DNA from: Candidatus Sungiibacteriota bacterium
GTDB lineage: Bacteria > Patescibacteriota > Minisyncoccia > Sungbacterales > SURF-37
Direction of reading: 5' to 3'
Length of the DNA: 64,000 nucleotides
NCBI GenBank assembly: GCA_016186145.1
Contig: JACPMF010000004.1
Coordinates: forward strand, 345-64,344
Below, in pieces: positions 28,089-37,544 of this stretch (the stretch's first letter is position 1; each line of letters starts with the position of its first letter). The notes under the pieces were generated by a model, which was given only the letters and a program-made list of their open reading frames with translations, ran no database searches and was not told the origin of the DNA. The position numbers and the translations under genes were made by a program.

Positions 28089-29372
28089 TTGCAAAAGCAC
28101 GCCCAAATGGGTACTATGCCACTTATGACCGAAGTCGATACAACAAGCTCCGCCGTTGCACCCACTGTCGCCGAAAAAGGGCAACACCCCCTAGAACTCC
28201 TTCTCAAAGAACGGGGTGGCCGCGACTACGCCCTGAAAGAAGGGGACCTTATCGAAGGAACAATTATGGAAAAACGAGGCAGCCGCCTCTTTATAGACTT
28301 GAAAAACCGGGGTACCGGAATTGTCTACGGGCGGGAATTTTACGACGCGCAGAACGTTATAAAAACACTGAAGCCGGGAGACCGAGTGAGCGCAAAGGTT
28401 GTCGACCTAGATAACGACGATGGATTCATAGAACTTTCGCTTTCCGAAGCGGGCAGAGAAAAAGAATGGCAGGAAATAAAACACGCGATAGACGAAAACA
28501 CGGTACTCACATTAAAAGTTGCCGACGCAAACCGGGGCGGACTCATTATAAACTACAAGGGGGCATCGGGATTTTTGCCGGCCTCGCAGCTCTCTTCAGA
28601 ACATTACCCCCGCGTTGACGGTGGCGACAAAAAGAAAATATTCACCGAGTTAAAAAAACTTGTGGGCACCGAACTTCAATTAAAAATCATCGACGCCAAC
28701 CAAGAGGAAGGAAAGCTGATTTTTTCTGAAAAAACAATGGGAGGAGCCGGTGCCCAAGAGAAGCTTTCGGCATATAACGTGGGGGACACGGTCGAAGGAG
28801 AAATAACCGGAGTTGTCACCTTCGGAGCATTCGTAAAATTCGACGAGGGACTGGAGGGCCTTGTGCACATCTCCGAAATTGATTGGCAACTTATCGAAAA
28901 TCCAACCGATGTCTTGAAAGTCGGTGAAAAAGTAAAGGCAAAAATAATCGACATCTCAGGAGACCGCGTATCACTTTCCCTTAAGGCCCTCAAAAGCGAC
29001 CCGTGGCTGAAGGCGCCGGAGCGCTATAAAAAAGGCGACCTTGTCCACGGGAAAGCCGTGAAGTACAACCCATTTGGGGTTTTCATAAAACTTGACCCGG
29101 AAATTCAGGGTCTTCTCCACATTTCTGAATTCGGAACAGAACAAAAAATGCGCGAAAAAATAAGGCTGAACGAAGAATATCAACTCAGAATTCTCTCGGT
29201 TGACGCAAAGGACCACCGCCTCGCCCTTGGCCTGACCGAACGTCACCCGGACAAGGAAACCCGGGAAGAACAGGAGGAAGAGGTCTCAAAAACACCAGCA
29301 ACCGAAGAACCAAAAGAAGTTCCTCCCGCCCCGGAAGAAAACCCGGAAAAAGCGCTTCCTGAAGGAACCTAA
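28089..29372 (+). CDS. S1 RNA-binding domain protein (ribosomal protein S1-like, four S1 repeats)
   Basis: Repeated GD.V.G.V..V..FGAFV...EGL.GLVHISE modules; acidic/Pro-rich C-terminal tail. Confidence 0.8.
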   Translation: MQKHAQMGTMPLMTEVDTTSSAVAPTVAEKGQHPLELLLKERGGRDYALKEGDLIEGTIMEKRGSRLFIDLKNRGTGIVYGREFYDAQNVIKTLKPGDRVSAKVVDLDNDDGFIELSLSEAGREKEWQEIKHAIDENTVLTLKVADANRGGLIINYKGASGFLPASQLSSEHYPRVDGGDKKKIFTELKKLVGTELQLKIIDANQEEGKLIFSEKTMGGAGAQEKLSAYNVGDTVEGEITGVVTFGAFVKFDEGLEGLVHISEIDWQLIENPTDVLKVGEKVKAKIIDISGDRVSLSLKALKSDPWLKAPERYKKGDLVHGKAVKYNPFGVFIKLDPEIQGLLHISEFGTEQKMREKIRLNEEYQLRILSVDAKDHRLALGLTERHPDKETREEQEEEVSKTPATEEPKEVPPAPEENPEKALPEGT

Positions 29373-29374
29373 AC

Positions 29375-29403
29375 AATCCCGCCGAAGGCGGGATTTTGGT
29401 TTG
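29375..29403 (+). terminator. rho-independent terminator
   Basis: aatcccgccgaaggcgggattttggttt. Confidence 0.6.
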
Positions 29404-29670
29404 TTTATCCGCCTTCGCAGAAAACCGCGGGCGTTAGCCCGCGGGATGAATGCGGGGCGGACCCTCCGAAGCCTTGGCGAAGGAGGGTGGAATGCTACGG
29501 CGGATTCCACTCCGCGGTCAATCTTTGAGAGAAGATACCGCGGGCGTGAGCCCGCGGAGCTTCATAAACCGGATGCAATAATTCTCGGTTTTGACCTTTG
29601 GGTCGCCTTCTATGAATTACCGCGCTGCAAACAGCGCGGTATCTTACCCCAGCCCCAATTTTGCTGTTTT

Positions 29671-29835
29671 GACGAGGCGAAGCGCTTCGCCCATATACAG
29701 GATGCGCTATTCGCGCACGCGCTTCGCTTTGTTTATTATAGGTTTTTGCTTACCTCATGATTCACCTGTTTTACAAAGGCACAATTGGAGCGGGGTTAAT
29801 TTCGTACTCCGCAATTCACCCCACACATAACTATA
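29671..29835. repeat. direct repeat (left copy) flanking the lipoprotein gene; contains GAAGCGCTTCGCCC and GGAGCGGGGTTA blocks
   Basis: About 75-80% identical to 30911-31070 with the same block order and spacing. Confidence 0.5.
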
Positions 29836-29943
29836 AGTTATGTGTGGGGTTCATCCGTCCCGCTTCAAGCGGGACGGAATTCTTGCGGACGAAATTAAAA
29901 AAATAAACCCGCCAAGATAGCTTGGCGGAAAATTTCCTCATCA

Positions 29944-30753
29944 CTACGGAATAAACATATTAACTCCCCTACTTACTCCGCTCTTGAAAAGATCGCCGAT
30001 AAACCCGGCAGGACACTTGAATAAAGCGCTTTCCTTTTTCGGATTATTGATCAATCCGCCTTTGATCAGACGGCTCAACACGTAATCTCCGCGCCAGACG
30101 ATAATGAAAGAAAAATCGTTCCCGATCTCAAGCGACTCGTCATTGTTTATACAAATGCGATCCGTAACCTTTTTAAGGCCGCGCTCAAAATACTGTTCGC
30201 CATAGTGACTCTTCATAAATTCGGTGTAGGCCTTGATCTCTTCGGGCTTCTGGAGCGGCGGCGGGCTTACGGACATACCGACCTCGGCAAGCGCGTCATT
30301 CCCGGAGAGCACCCGCGTATTCTGCCGATGAACCCTCTCTGTCTCGTCAGAATAAATGGTAAAACCCTTTTTTCTTACCTCGGCTCGGGTATCCCCTAAA
30401 ATGCCACTTTTCTCATCCGTTTCCCGAATCGACTTGAAAACTTCAACCATGCGCTCAATATCAGGAATCGTACAATCGTTTACAGTTGTTTGAAGTTTTT
30501 CAACTCGCTCTTTTGGATCCGACTTAAACAAAGAAACCGGATTAAGCTTCGCAAGAAATCCCTTCTTCGGTGGAGACTCTATTTCGCGTTCTGCCTGTTT
30601 AAGTTCCTGACACGACTTTACAAAAAGCCCGGTGGTCCTGAAATCAAACGACTCTTTTTTGATAATGGACAAGCCTGTTGAAGCGCATCCGGAAAGAAAA
30701 ACCGCCAAAACAATAATGCCGGCAAAAAAAACGGCGTCCCGACGAACCATCAT
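29944..30753 (-). CDS. hypothetical lipoprotein
   Basis: Signal peptide plus lipobox (LSGCAS). Confidence 0.5.
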   Translation of the reverse strand: MMVRRDAVFFAGIIVLAVFLSGCASTGLSIIKKESFDFRTTGLFVKSCQELKQAEREIESPPKKGFLAKLNPVSLFKSDPKERVEKLQTTVNDCTIPDIERMVEVFKSIRETDEKSGILGDTRAEVRKKGFTIYSDETERVHRQNTRVLSGNDALAEVGMSVSPPPLQKPEEIKAYTEFMKSHYGEQYFERGLKKVTDRICINNDESLEIGNDFSFIIVWRGDYVLSRLIKGGLINNPKKESALFKCPAGFIGDLFKSGVSRGVNMFIP

Positions 30754-30910
30754 GGCTGTACCTCTTTTCAGATTTCAAAAAACTATTGTTGTATTTACCC
30801 CAACATTAGTTCTCTCGTCACCCCTTGTCAATACGATACGATTCTGAACTATGCGAAGGCAAGCCCCCGCGGTTCTTAAGGATAACTACCCAGCTCAAAT
30901 TTTGCTTCAC

Positions 30911-31070
30911 GGGCCAAAGCGAAGCGCTTCGCCCGAATGCGGGATGTGCCTATTCGGCACGCGCGCTTCGCTCTGTTTTCAGACGACATTCCTTTGATAA
31001 AAACAGCACTGCGGGATAATGGCAAAATTTGAGCGGGGTTAGCCCTCGTGCTCCGCCATTCATCGCGGCG
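30911..31070. repeat. direct repeat (right copy) flanking the lipoprotein gene
   Basis: See 29671-29835. Confidence 0.5.
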
Positions 31071-31101
31071 GCAAGCCGCCGCGGTTTCTGGCGGACTCGG
31101 G

Positions 31102-31611
31102 CTAAAAAGCGCCAGCAACACGCCCAATCGCAACGCCAACCGCTATCGCAATTCCCCCAATCGACGCCATCCGAAGACTACCTTTCCAGATATTCGTCTT
31201 GGAAAGTTTCGCGCCGATAATGCCGAGAACGAAAAGAGCGGCAAGCGAAAGACCGATTGAATACCATAGTGCGTTTCCCGGCGTCAAAAAAATATAAGGA
31301 AAAAGGGGTATGAAACCGGAGAAAAAATAAGAAACAAACATTATGCCCCCGCTGGTGATCGGGAACGCGAACGGCGCTTCGGTTTGGCGCAAATACCCTT
31401 CTGCGGAGTGCTCGGAAAGAAAACTCCCGACAGCCATAGAAAACGCTTCGACAAAAACAAGAATAATGCCCGTGATAAGAATTGCCCGCGCCCCCACTCC
31501 GGCAATAGAAACCCCGGAAAGCAGCCCAACGGTCGACACCAAGCTGTCTTCAACCCCGAAAACGAAATTTCGGAGATAGGACGCAGAATATAAATTTTGT
31601 TCGCGAGCCAT
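31102..31611 (-). CDS. VIT1/CCC1 (DUF125) family membrane protein
   Basis: EDSLVSTVGLLSGV motif and multiple TM segments; start moved to MAREQNLY. Confidence 0.65.
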   Translation of the reverse strand: MAREQNLYSASYLRNFVFGVEDSLVSTVGLLSGVSIAGVGARAILITGIILVFVEAFSMAVGSFLSEHSAEGYLRQTEAPFAFPITSGGIMFVSYFFSGFIPLFPYIFLTPGNALWYSIGLSLAALFVLGIIGAKLSKTNIWKGSLRMASIGGIAIAVGVAIGRVAGAF

Positions 31612-31630
31612 ATTCTTTAAAAGAGTTGTG

Positions 31631-32398
31631 TTACTGGGCAAGCCATCCCCCGTCCGCATAAAATGTCGCGCCGGTAACATAGCTTGCCTCGGATGACGCC
31701 AAGAACACAACCAGTGCTGAAATTTCTTCCGGCCTCCCGATTCTTTTCAAAGGAACCCGTTCCAAAATTTCTTTCAACATCTCCTTCCCAAGTTTCTTTC
31801 CTGACGCGCGAACCATCGGCGTATCAATCGCTCCGGGGGCGATTGCATTGACCGTAATGCCGAACCGCGCAAATTCCACCGCCATGCTTTCCGTCATGCC
31901 GATTATCCCGCCCTTTGAAGCCGCATAATGCACAGCCCCTTCAAAACCGATGCCGACCCCGCCCGAGGCGATCGAAGAAATATTAATGATCCGGCCCCAT
32001 TTCCTTTTTGCCATTTCCTTGGCCGCGCGCTGGGCGCATAAAAACTGGCCCTTCAAGTTGATATCGACGGTTCGGTCCCAATCCGCTTCAGTAAGCTTCA
32101 GGGCGGATTTCGGGGAATAAATGCCGGCATTGTTAACAAGGATATCCAGACGCCCAAACTGTTTTATCACACGGTCAAAAACCTGATCAACGGCAGTTTT
32201 ATTCGAGACGTCCATTTCGAAACACGCTGCCCGTCCCCCTTTTGACCTTACCTCTTTGACAACCCGCAAACACTCTTTTGCATCAATATCCGTTATAACA
32301 ACCCGTGCGCCCTGTCGCGCCAGCGCAAGCGCATGGGTCCGGCCCATCCCGCGCCGTGCGCCGGTAATAAATGCAACCTTATTTTTAAGTTCAAACAT
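31631..32398 (-). CDS. SDR-family oxidoreductase
   Basis: TGARRGMG Rossmann motif; YAASK catalytic motif. Confidence 0.9.
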   Translation of the reverse strand: MFELKNKVAFITGARRGMGRTHALALARQGARVVITDIDAKECLRVVKEVRSKGGRAACFEMDVSNKTAVDQVFDRVIKQFGRLDILVNNAGIYSPKSALKLTEADWDRTVDINLKGQFLCAQRAAKEMAKRKWGRIINISSIASGGVGIGFEGAVHYAASKGGIIGMTESMAVEFARFGITVNAIAPGAIDTPMVRASGKKLGKEMLKEILERVPLKRIGRPEEISALVVFLASSEASYVTGATFYADGGWLAQ

Positions 32399-32408
32399 AT
32401 TTTTATTT

Positions 32409-32789
32409 TTAGCGGAACCACTCTCTTAATGTCCTAGGCCAACCGACCACAAGAAACAACGCCAACGGCGCTCCCCAGTTTGCCCAACGTTCTACAAAAT
32501 CCCAAACCGGCATGCCAACAAGCGGCCGCACCAGCGCAGTCCAAAACCCCCAAAACGCCATCCACAACAGCACGATCCGAACCGGCTTTACTAAAATAAG
32601 CAGGGCGAGAATAACGTCAATAACGCCGACGAAAAACAAAAGCTGCGTCGCTGTTACAGAATCCGCAACCCCGAATCGGGCAAACCACCCGATCCATTCC
32701 TTTTTACCCTGAAGCGCAAAAACACCGTGGCCGATAAATTCTCCGGCGACCGAAATTCTTAAGACCCATTCAACAAATTTTGTATTCAT
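32409..32789 (-). CDS. DoxX-like membrane protein
   Basis: Four-TM small protein. Confidence 0.45.
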   Translation of the reverse strand: MNTKFVEWVLRISVAGEFIGHGVFALQGKKEWIGWFARFGVADSVTATQLLFFVGVIDVILALLILVKPVRIVLLWMAFWGFWTALVRPLVGMPVWDFVERWANWGAPLALFLVVGWPRTLREWFR

Positions 32790-32896
32790 AGTGCTTTTAC
32801 AATAACTTTTTTAACCAGTAAAGCATCTTTCGACCAACGGATGCCGGATTAAAATCAAATAATAAGAGGTTTTCCGCATACAATTTTATTGTACCA

Positions 32897-33898
32897 CTAT
32901 ACGCCGCATCCTCCGCCGCTGGGCGTCGGAGCAGGTGTGATTTCGTTCAAAATCTGCCGATAACCAGACGCGCTTGAGTAGCGGGCGCCTAGGACCTCTT
33001 TCGGATCGGCGCTCCCCCATGAAACACCTTTCATTTCGAGATATTTTGCAATGGTAAGATACGTCCCGGGAAACCAATACGCATTCACCTGCAGAGCAAC
33101 TTTGTACATTTCGTTTTCGCTCACCCCCTGCGACGCCAAAAGTTCAAGAAGACCGAGCATTGCCATGCCGTGATTGCAATCGGGGAAATGAGTCGGGTTA
33201 TTACAGCACGGGCGATAGATATTTTTACTTACTCGTTCAACAATTTTCTGCTGAAGAGGCGTGAGGACAACAAAGGGGTGCCGGGAATAATGATCCATTG
33301 CGTCCCCCTTTGCGAGCGTCCATCCGCCGGTTGATGCAAAATTAGCCGCCTTTGCGAGCGCCTCCTCCGGCGAAGCGGGCGCTCTGCCGTCATAAGTCAC
33401 CATCGGTCCTCTGTCCAAAACGTCATTCTTATTTCCGAGGCCGAGGGCCCAAAAAAGGTTCAAAAGAAATCCCGAATTTTCCGGTGTGATTTTAATATTG
33501 CCGTTATCCGACCGCTCTAGAAACCGCAAATATTCATCACTAAGCCCTCCGCGACTCGCGTAAACGGATTTAAACCTCTCCCCGTCAATCACTCCGACAC
33601 TCACCATCTTAACGCCGAGATCCCCCCACCGAACCGGCAAAATTATCCCCGACGAAGGCAGAACTTTTTCTTCAAACGCGTCTCGCGCCGGCGCCTGCCC
33701 GTTTAAAGGAGGTTGAAATTCTGCCCGGCCCTGCCATGACTTTGGATCTGCTGTATAAAGCCAGGCCCCAACCAAGATAACCGCGGAAATCACTACGCTT
33801 GCAGGCAACAGATAACCCTCTTCCGCACCCCTTTCACTCTCTTCAGATTTTTCCACCAAGGGCGGATCCGTCTTAAACGAAAAGTTTTGGTTTGCCAT
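32897..33898 (-). CDS. hypothetical membrane-anchored protein with CCNNPTHFPDCNHG Cys/His motif
   Basis: N-terminal TM; Cys/His cluster suggests metal or redox function; adjacent to CcdA. Confidence 0.45.
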   Translation of the reverse strand: MANQNFSFKTDPPLVEKSEESERGAEEGYLLPASVVISAVILVGAWLYTADPKSWQGRAEFQPPLNGQAPARDAFEEKVLPSSGIILPVRWGDLGVKMVSVGVIDGERFKSVYASRGGLSDEYLRFLERSDNGNIKITPENSGFLLNLFWALGLGNKNDVLDRGPMVTYDGRAPASPEEALAKAANFASTGGWTLAKGDAMDHYSRHPFVVLTPLQQKIVERVSKNIYRPCCNNPTHFPDCNHGMAMLGLLELLASQGVSENEMYKVALQVNAYWFPGTYLTIAKYLEMKGVSWGSADPKEVLGARYSSASGYRQILNEITPAPTPSGGGCGV

Positions 33899-33948
33899 AA
33901 TATTCTTCCCATTAGAACCAGACTATCACTGTGTGGTCTAACAAGAAC

Positions 33949-34413
33949 CTAACAACAATCCTCCATCTTTTTTTCAAGCTCCCCAACCGCCTTTCCACTC
34001 TCCTTCCCGGACCCGGCCAACCAATAGGGTTTCTTAAAAAACCATACTGCCAACAAAAGAAGAAACACTATTGATACGGCAAACGCAAATAACCAAGAAA
34101 GAATCAGGGCGTAAACAGCAATAAATCCGATGGGGATAAAAAGCGTTTTCCAGAGGAGCAAAGAAGAGCCTTGCGGCAGGCGTTTTTCCAATTGATACGC
34201 AATGCCCGCCACCGATCCGCCCATGGCTAACAAAGCTATCATCCTCCAACTCTCGGCTTCCAGCAAACCGGCGTACAGGCCAAAAAGAATCCAGAACCAC
34301 GTTCCGGAAACCCCGGCGCAAATCGGGCAAACGGTAAACGGCAGTATTTTATTCGACAACAACACCAGCCCCGTCAGGGCGAAAATCGAAACGGTTGCAA
34401 TAAAGATTTCCAT
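33949..34413 (-). CDS. hypothetical integral membrane protein (CPIC motif in the first TM region)
   Basis: Four predicted TM segments. Confidence 0.4.
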   Translation of the reverse strand: MEIFIATVSIFALTGLVLLSNKILPFTVCPICAGVSGTWFWILFGLYAGLLEAESWRMIALLAMGGSVAGIAYQLEKRLPQGSSLLLWKTLFIPIGFIAVYALILSWLFAFAVSIVFLLLLAVWFFKKPYWLAGSGKESGKAVGELEKKMEDCC

Positions 34414-34421
34414 ACTTGGAT

Positions 34422-35213
34422 TTATAACAAAAAAATAATTACTCCCAGAGCAACCATCGCAAGGCCCCCCCCGAAACGCATCAATCCTTTTTCTTTCTGC
34501 TGCCAGCCCCTCACTTTCTCAACAAGCGTTGCGTTGCCGGCAACCAAAAGAATAATCACAAGCGGCAATATGAAAATGGCATTGTAAAGAAGCAGATAAC
34601 CAAGTCCTCTAAAATATGTCGCTTGGTCGTGCAAAAGCCCCAACACCATCAGATATGGTCCGCCGGTACACGGAAATTCGCAAAGCCCCACGAGACCGCC
34701 AAGAAAAAATGCCGTCGGCACCGATCCCTTTTCCATAAGCTCTGCCATTTTTCGATGGGCGGCAGAGGGAATCCGAAGCTTGATCGGAAATGAAGGGAAA
34801 AATTCATTTATGAGATTTATGAGTCCAAGAAGAACAAGAAGGAACGCCCCGACCCGCGCCATGAAATGAGGCGTGTTAAAGATATGGAGTGTTTGCAGAA
34901 CCCCAAGCCCGATCAGAATGTATATAACGAAAATGCCGGCAATATAAGCGCTGCCGATTTTCAGAACGCTTGAACGAACTTTCCCGATGCTGAAGAGAAA
35001 CGCGATCGTAAGAATCAAAATCGAGAACGCGCACGGATTTATGCTATCGATGAGTGCCGCAACACCGACAAGAGGCAAAAGCCACCTCCCGCCGTCTGAT
35101 AACTTCCACAGCGTCTCGGTCCCGATTCCGCTGAAACGGAAAAAAATAAATGTCGCAAGGAGAACAACGCCAACGGCAATAAGAACGGTAATTTTGAGTT
35201 TTGACTTTTCCAT
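34422..35213 (-). CDS. ccdA: cytochrome c biogenesis CcdA / DsbD-beta family thiol:disulfide transporter
   Basis: Six TM segments with conserved Cys in NPCAF and CEFPCTGGP. Confidence 0.8.
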   Translation of the reverse strand: MEKSKLKITVLIAVGVVLLATFIFFRFSGIGTETLWKLSDGGRWLLPLVGVAALIDSINPCAFSILILTIAFLFSIGKVRSSVLKIGSAYIAGIFVIYILIGLGVLQTLHIFNTPHFMARVGAFLLVLLGLINLINEFFPSFPIKLRIPSAAHRKMAELMEKGSVPTAFFLGGLVGLCEFPCTGGPYLMVLGLLHDQATYFRGLGYLLLYNAIFILPLVIILLVAGNATLVEKVRGWQQKEKGLMRFGGGLAMVALGVIIFLL

Positions 35214-35222
35214 TTTAGATCG

Positions 35223-35720
35223 CTACGGAGTGACAAGGACTGTGAATCCGAGCTTGAGCGGCTCTCCGGCATTATTCTCTATAATTATTGCCCTATGAAT
35301 TCGACCGATCCCCGCAGGACCGTGGGCCGCCGGGTCAAAAACGACGTTAACAACGGCTTCCGCACCCGAAGCTATCGCTTCTTTAATGCTCGGCGAAAAT
35401 CCGTGCCCCGGCATGCCGTACGGACCGAAAACCTTACCCCCCACTTCAAGCGTGGCGCTGGTGCACATGCACGAGGTATACATTTTTTCTATAACCACCG
35501 ATTCTTGCCCGGTGTTTTTGATCCGAAACAAATGACTAACATTCCCGGCCGCCATCGAAACCGTACCAAAGTCAAAATCTTTCTCTTCTGCGCTTATTGC
35601 GCCGGTGGAACCCGAAACCGAAGGGGTGACAATACCACCCTCCGGAGAAGGACGCATGGCCCAAACAATCCCGGCAAAAGCAATTACTCCCGCCGCGATT
35701 CCAATAGTTATTTTATTCAT
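35223..35720 (-). CDS. DUF1573-like secreted/anchored protein
   Basis: FDFGTV...NTG motif; ATGAAT start directly abuts MITE copy C. Confidence 0.55.
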   Translation of the reverse strand: MNKITIGIAAGVIAFAGIVWAMRPSPEGGIVTPSVSGSTGAISAEEKDFDFGTVSMAAGNVSHLFRIKNTGQESVVIEKMYTSCMCTSATLEVGGKVFGPYGMPGHGFSPSIKEAIASGAEAVVNVVFDPAAHGPAGIGRIHRAIIIENNAGEPLKLGFTVLVTP

Positions 35721-35862
35721 CCCGTTAGAAGCAGATCGCGATTAAATATCCACAATCTGCCTTTTTAATTATTTAAGCGTTAATAAAGATTTGTGAATCC
35801 CGAATAATCTCACAAGCAATCGCACCTGCCTACCGACAGGCAGGGCTTCTAACGGGATTCAT
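35715..35862. repeat. MITE-like element, CCCGTTAGAAGC family (copy C)
   Basis: ATTCAT|CCCGTTAGAAGCagatcgcg...cagGGCTTCTAACGGG|ATTCAT; internal hairpin cctgcctaccgacaggcagg. Confidence 0.75.
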
Positions 35863-35953
35863 ATGTTTTTAGGTTAGAGATTGGAATTAACAACAAGCCC
35901 CTTTTAAGGGACAAAGAAAAGACGCTCGACAAGCTAGTTACTGGTAACTAGTT

Positions 35954-36364
35954 TTATCGGCGCAGAAGAAAAGAGGCCGGACTGTTTTCGTGCAATGCAA
36001 GCCAATGGGTTAGTTCCCGTCGAACCAACCACGAAGAATCTAAAAATCGGTATGCCGCAAACGGCCGATTGAATAGAAAGTAAAACTGGAATCTTGGTAT
36101 TACGCCAAACCAAAAAACAATAAAAAACAAAAGCAAAAGAAGCCCGCCGATGCTGTCGCTAAAAATGGCCGCTGAAAAACTTCTAAAAGTGTCGAGATGA
36201 AACTTCGCAAATGAAAAAGTATTCCACCCTTCAGGACAATCTATTCCTTTGGCGATCGCCACGATACATCCGCCGTGGTCGTTTCCATGCCCCATAATCA
36301 TAAACCCAAAAACGGCAATTCCGACAAAACCGATAAGCACAAAAAGTGTAAAGAGTGGCTTCAT
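35954..36364 (-). CDS. hypothetical small membrane protein
   Basis: 136 aa, two or three TM segments; ATGAAG start abuts MITE copy D. Confidence 0.4.
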   Translation of the reverse strand: MKPLFTLFVLIGFVGIAVFGFMIMGHGNDHGGCIVAIAKGIDCPEGWNTFSFAKFHLDTFRSFSAAIFSDSIGGLLLLLFFIVFWFGVIPRFQFYFLFNRPFAAYRFLDSSWLVRRELTHWLALHENSPASFLLRR

Positions 36365-36584
36365 CCCGTTAGAGACCCGCCTGCCATCGCCTTTGTGTGA
36401 AGAAAGGAGGCGGTTCTATACTTTAACTTACTAATGTGTGATTTCTCAACTCTATAGAAGGGCATATGGCGGGCAGGTAGGACGCGGACGCACAAAACAC
36501 CCAACGCCCTATATTGTTATTGCTTACAAATTTTTACTCTTCTATAAAATTTTATTCGCGTCCGCGATCTCTAACGGGATTCAT
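36360..36584. repeat. MITE-like element, CCCGTTAGAG/CTCTAACGGG family (copy D, 225 bp)
   Basis: cTTCAT|CCCGTTAGAGacccgcctgcc...gcgtccgcgatCTCTAACGGG|ATTCAT. Confidence 0.7.
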
Positions 36585-36752
36585 CCCGTTAGAAGCAGAT
36601 CGCAATCGCATAATTGCTATCTGAATACATTATTGTTCTATATCCCAATAATATTTTATGAATCTCGTAACTTCTACAAGCGATCGCGCCTGCCTGCCTA
36701 CTGGCAGGCAGGCCGACAAGCAGGGCTTCTAACGGGATTCATAACCACAGTA
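36578..36752. repeat. MITE-like element, CCCGTTAGAAGC family (copy E, tandem to D, sharing the ATTCAT junction)
   Basis: ATTCAT|CCCGTTAGAAGCagatcgcaatcgc...gcctgcctgcctactggcaggcaggc...GGCTTCTAACGGG|ATTCAT. Confidence 0.75.
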
Positions 36753-36829
36753 TAGCAAAGCGTGAGAAAAACACAAAAAGGAAATGGACCTCGTCCGTGC
36801 CAGTTGGAACCAGGTTATACAGTTTCTGC

Positions 36830-37239
36830 TTACTTGGCAGAAACTGCCAACTCTTGGAGTTTCTTCAGAGCTTCTTCTACAGAGTTGACTATAAAACCAG
36901 TTTTCTTTACGAACTCAATAGACCATTTCGGGTTCCTGTCTTCATGCCAAATGATAATCAGTTTATTACAAAAGTCACCAGGCATTTTCGTGTTGTTCGC
37001 ATAAAAATAACCTATTTCTATCCACGTTCCTTCCGAAGTCGCTAAACCAGGATTGGCAACCATAAAGTCAGCACTTTTTATTCCATTCAAATCATCAGGA
37101 AAAAATGTATCTGGAGAAGTTTGGTCTGAATCAAATTCATAATCGTGAAAATCAAAACTGTCTAACTTCTTGAATTCTTCCTTCCAATCATTTTCGTATT
37201 CGTTAGGTTGACCAGCAAGATATACTTTTTTCTTTTGCA
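36830..37239 (-). CDS. nucleoside 2-deoxyribosyltransferase-like protein
   Basis: KVYLAG...W...F..., then ADFMVANPGLATSEGTWIEIGYFYA; start placed at MQKKKVYLAG. Confidence 0.55.
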
Positions 37240-37544
37240 TAGATATACATGGATACAAGCATTTTAATATGGATTTGGTGGTCATTATACGATAAAATCA
37301 GAACCTTTTTTGAGCAAAATCCCGATTGATTTACCTAGTCATTCGGGTAGTCATTCACCCTACCTCGGAATGACTACCTTGCGTTTCTAAATCTGCCCAT
37401 CATTCCTATCTTTTCTGACTTAACTACCTCTAAAATCAAAGTCCGACTTTCCTCCTCCGGAGGACTGGCTCGCCGCCCTGCTGGTCGGCTCGCTTGGTCG
37501 CCGAAATTCCTCCCCTCAAACCCCTCCTTCCGGCTCCTTTTCCC

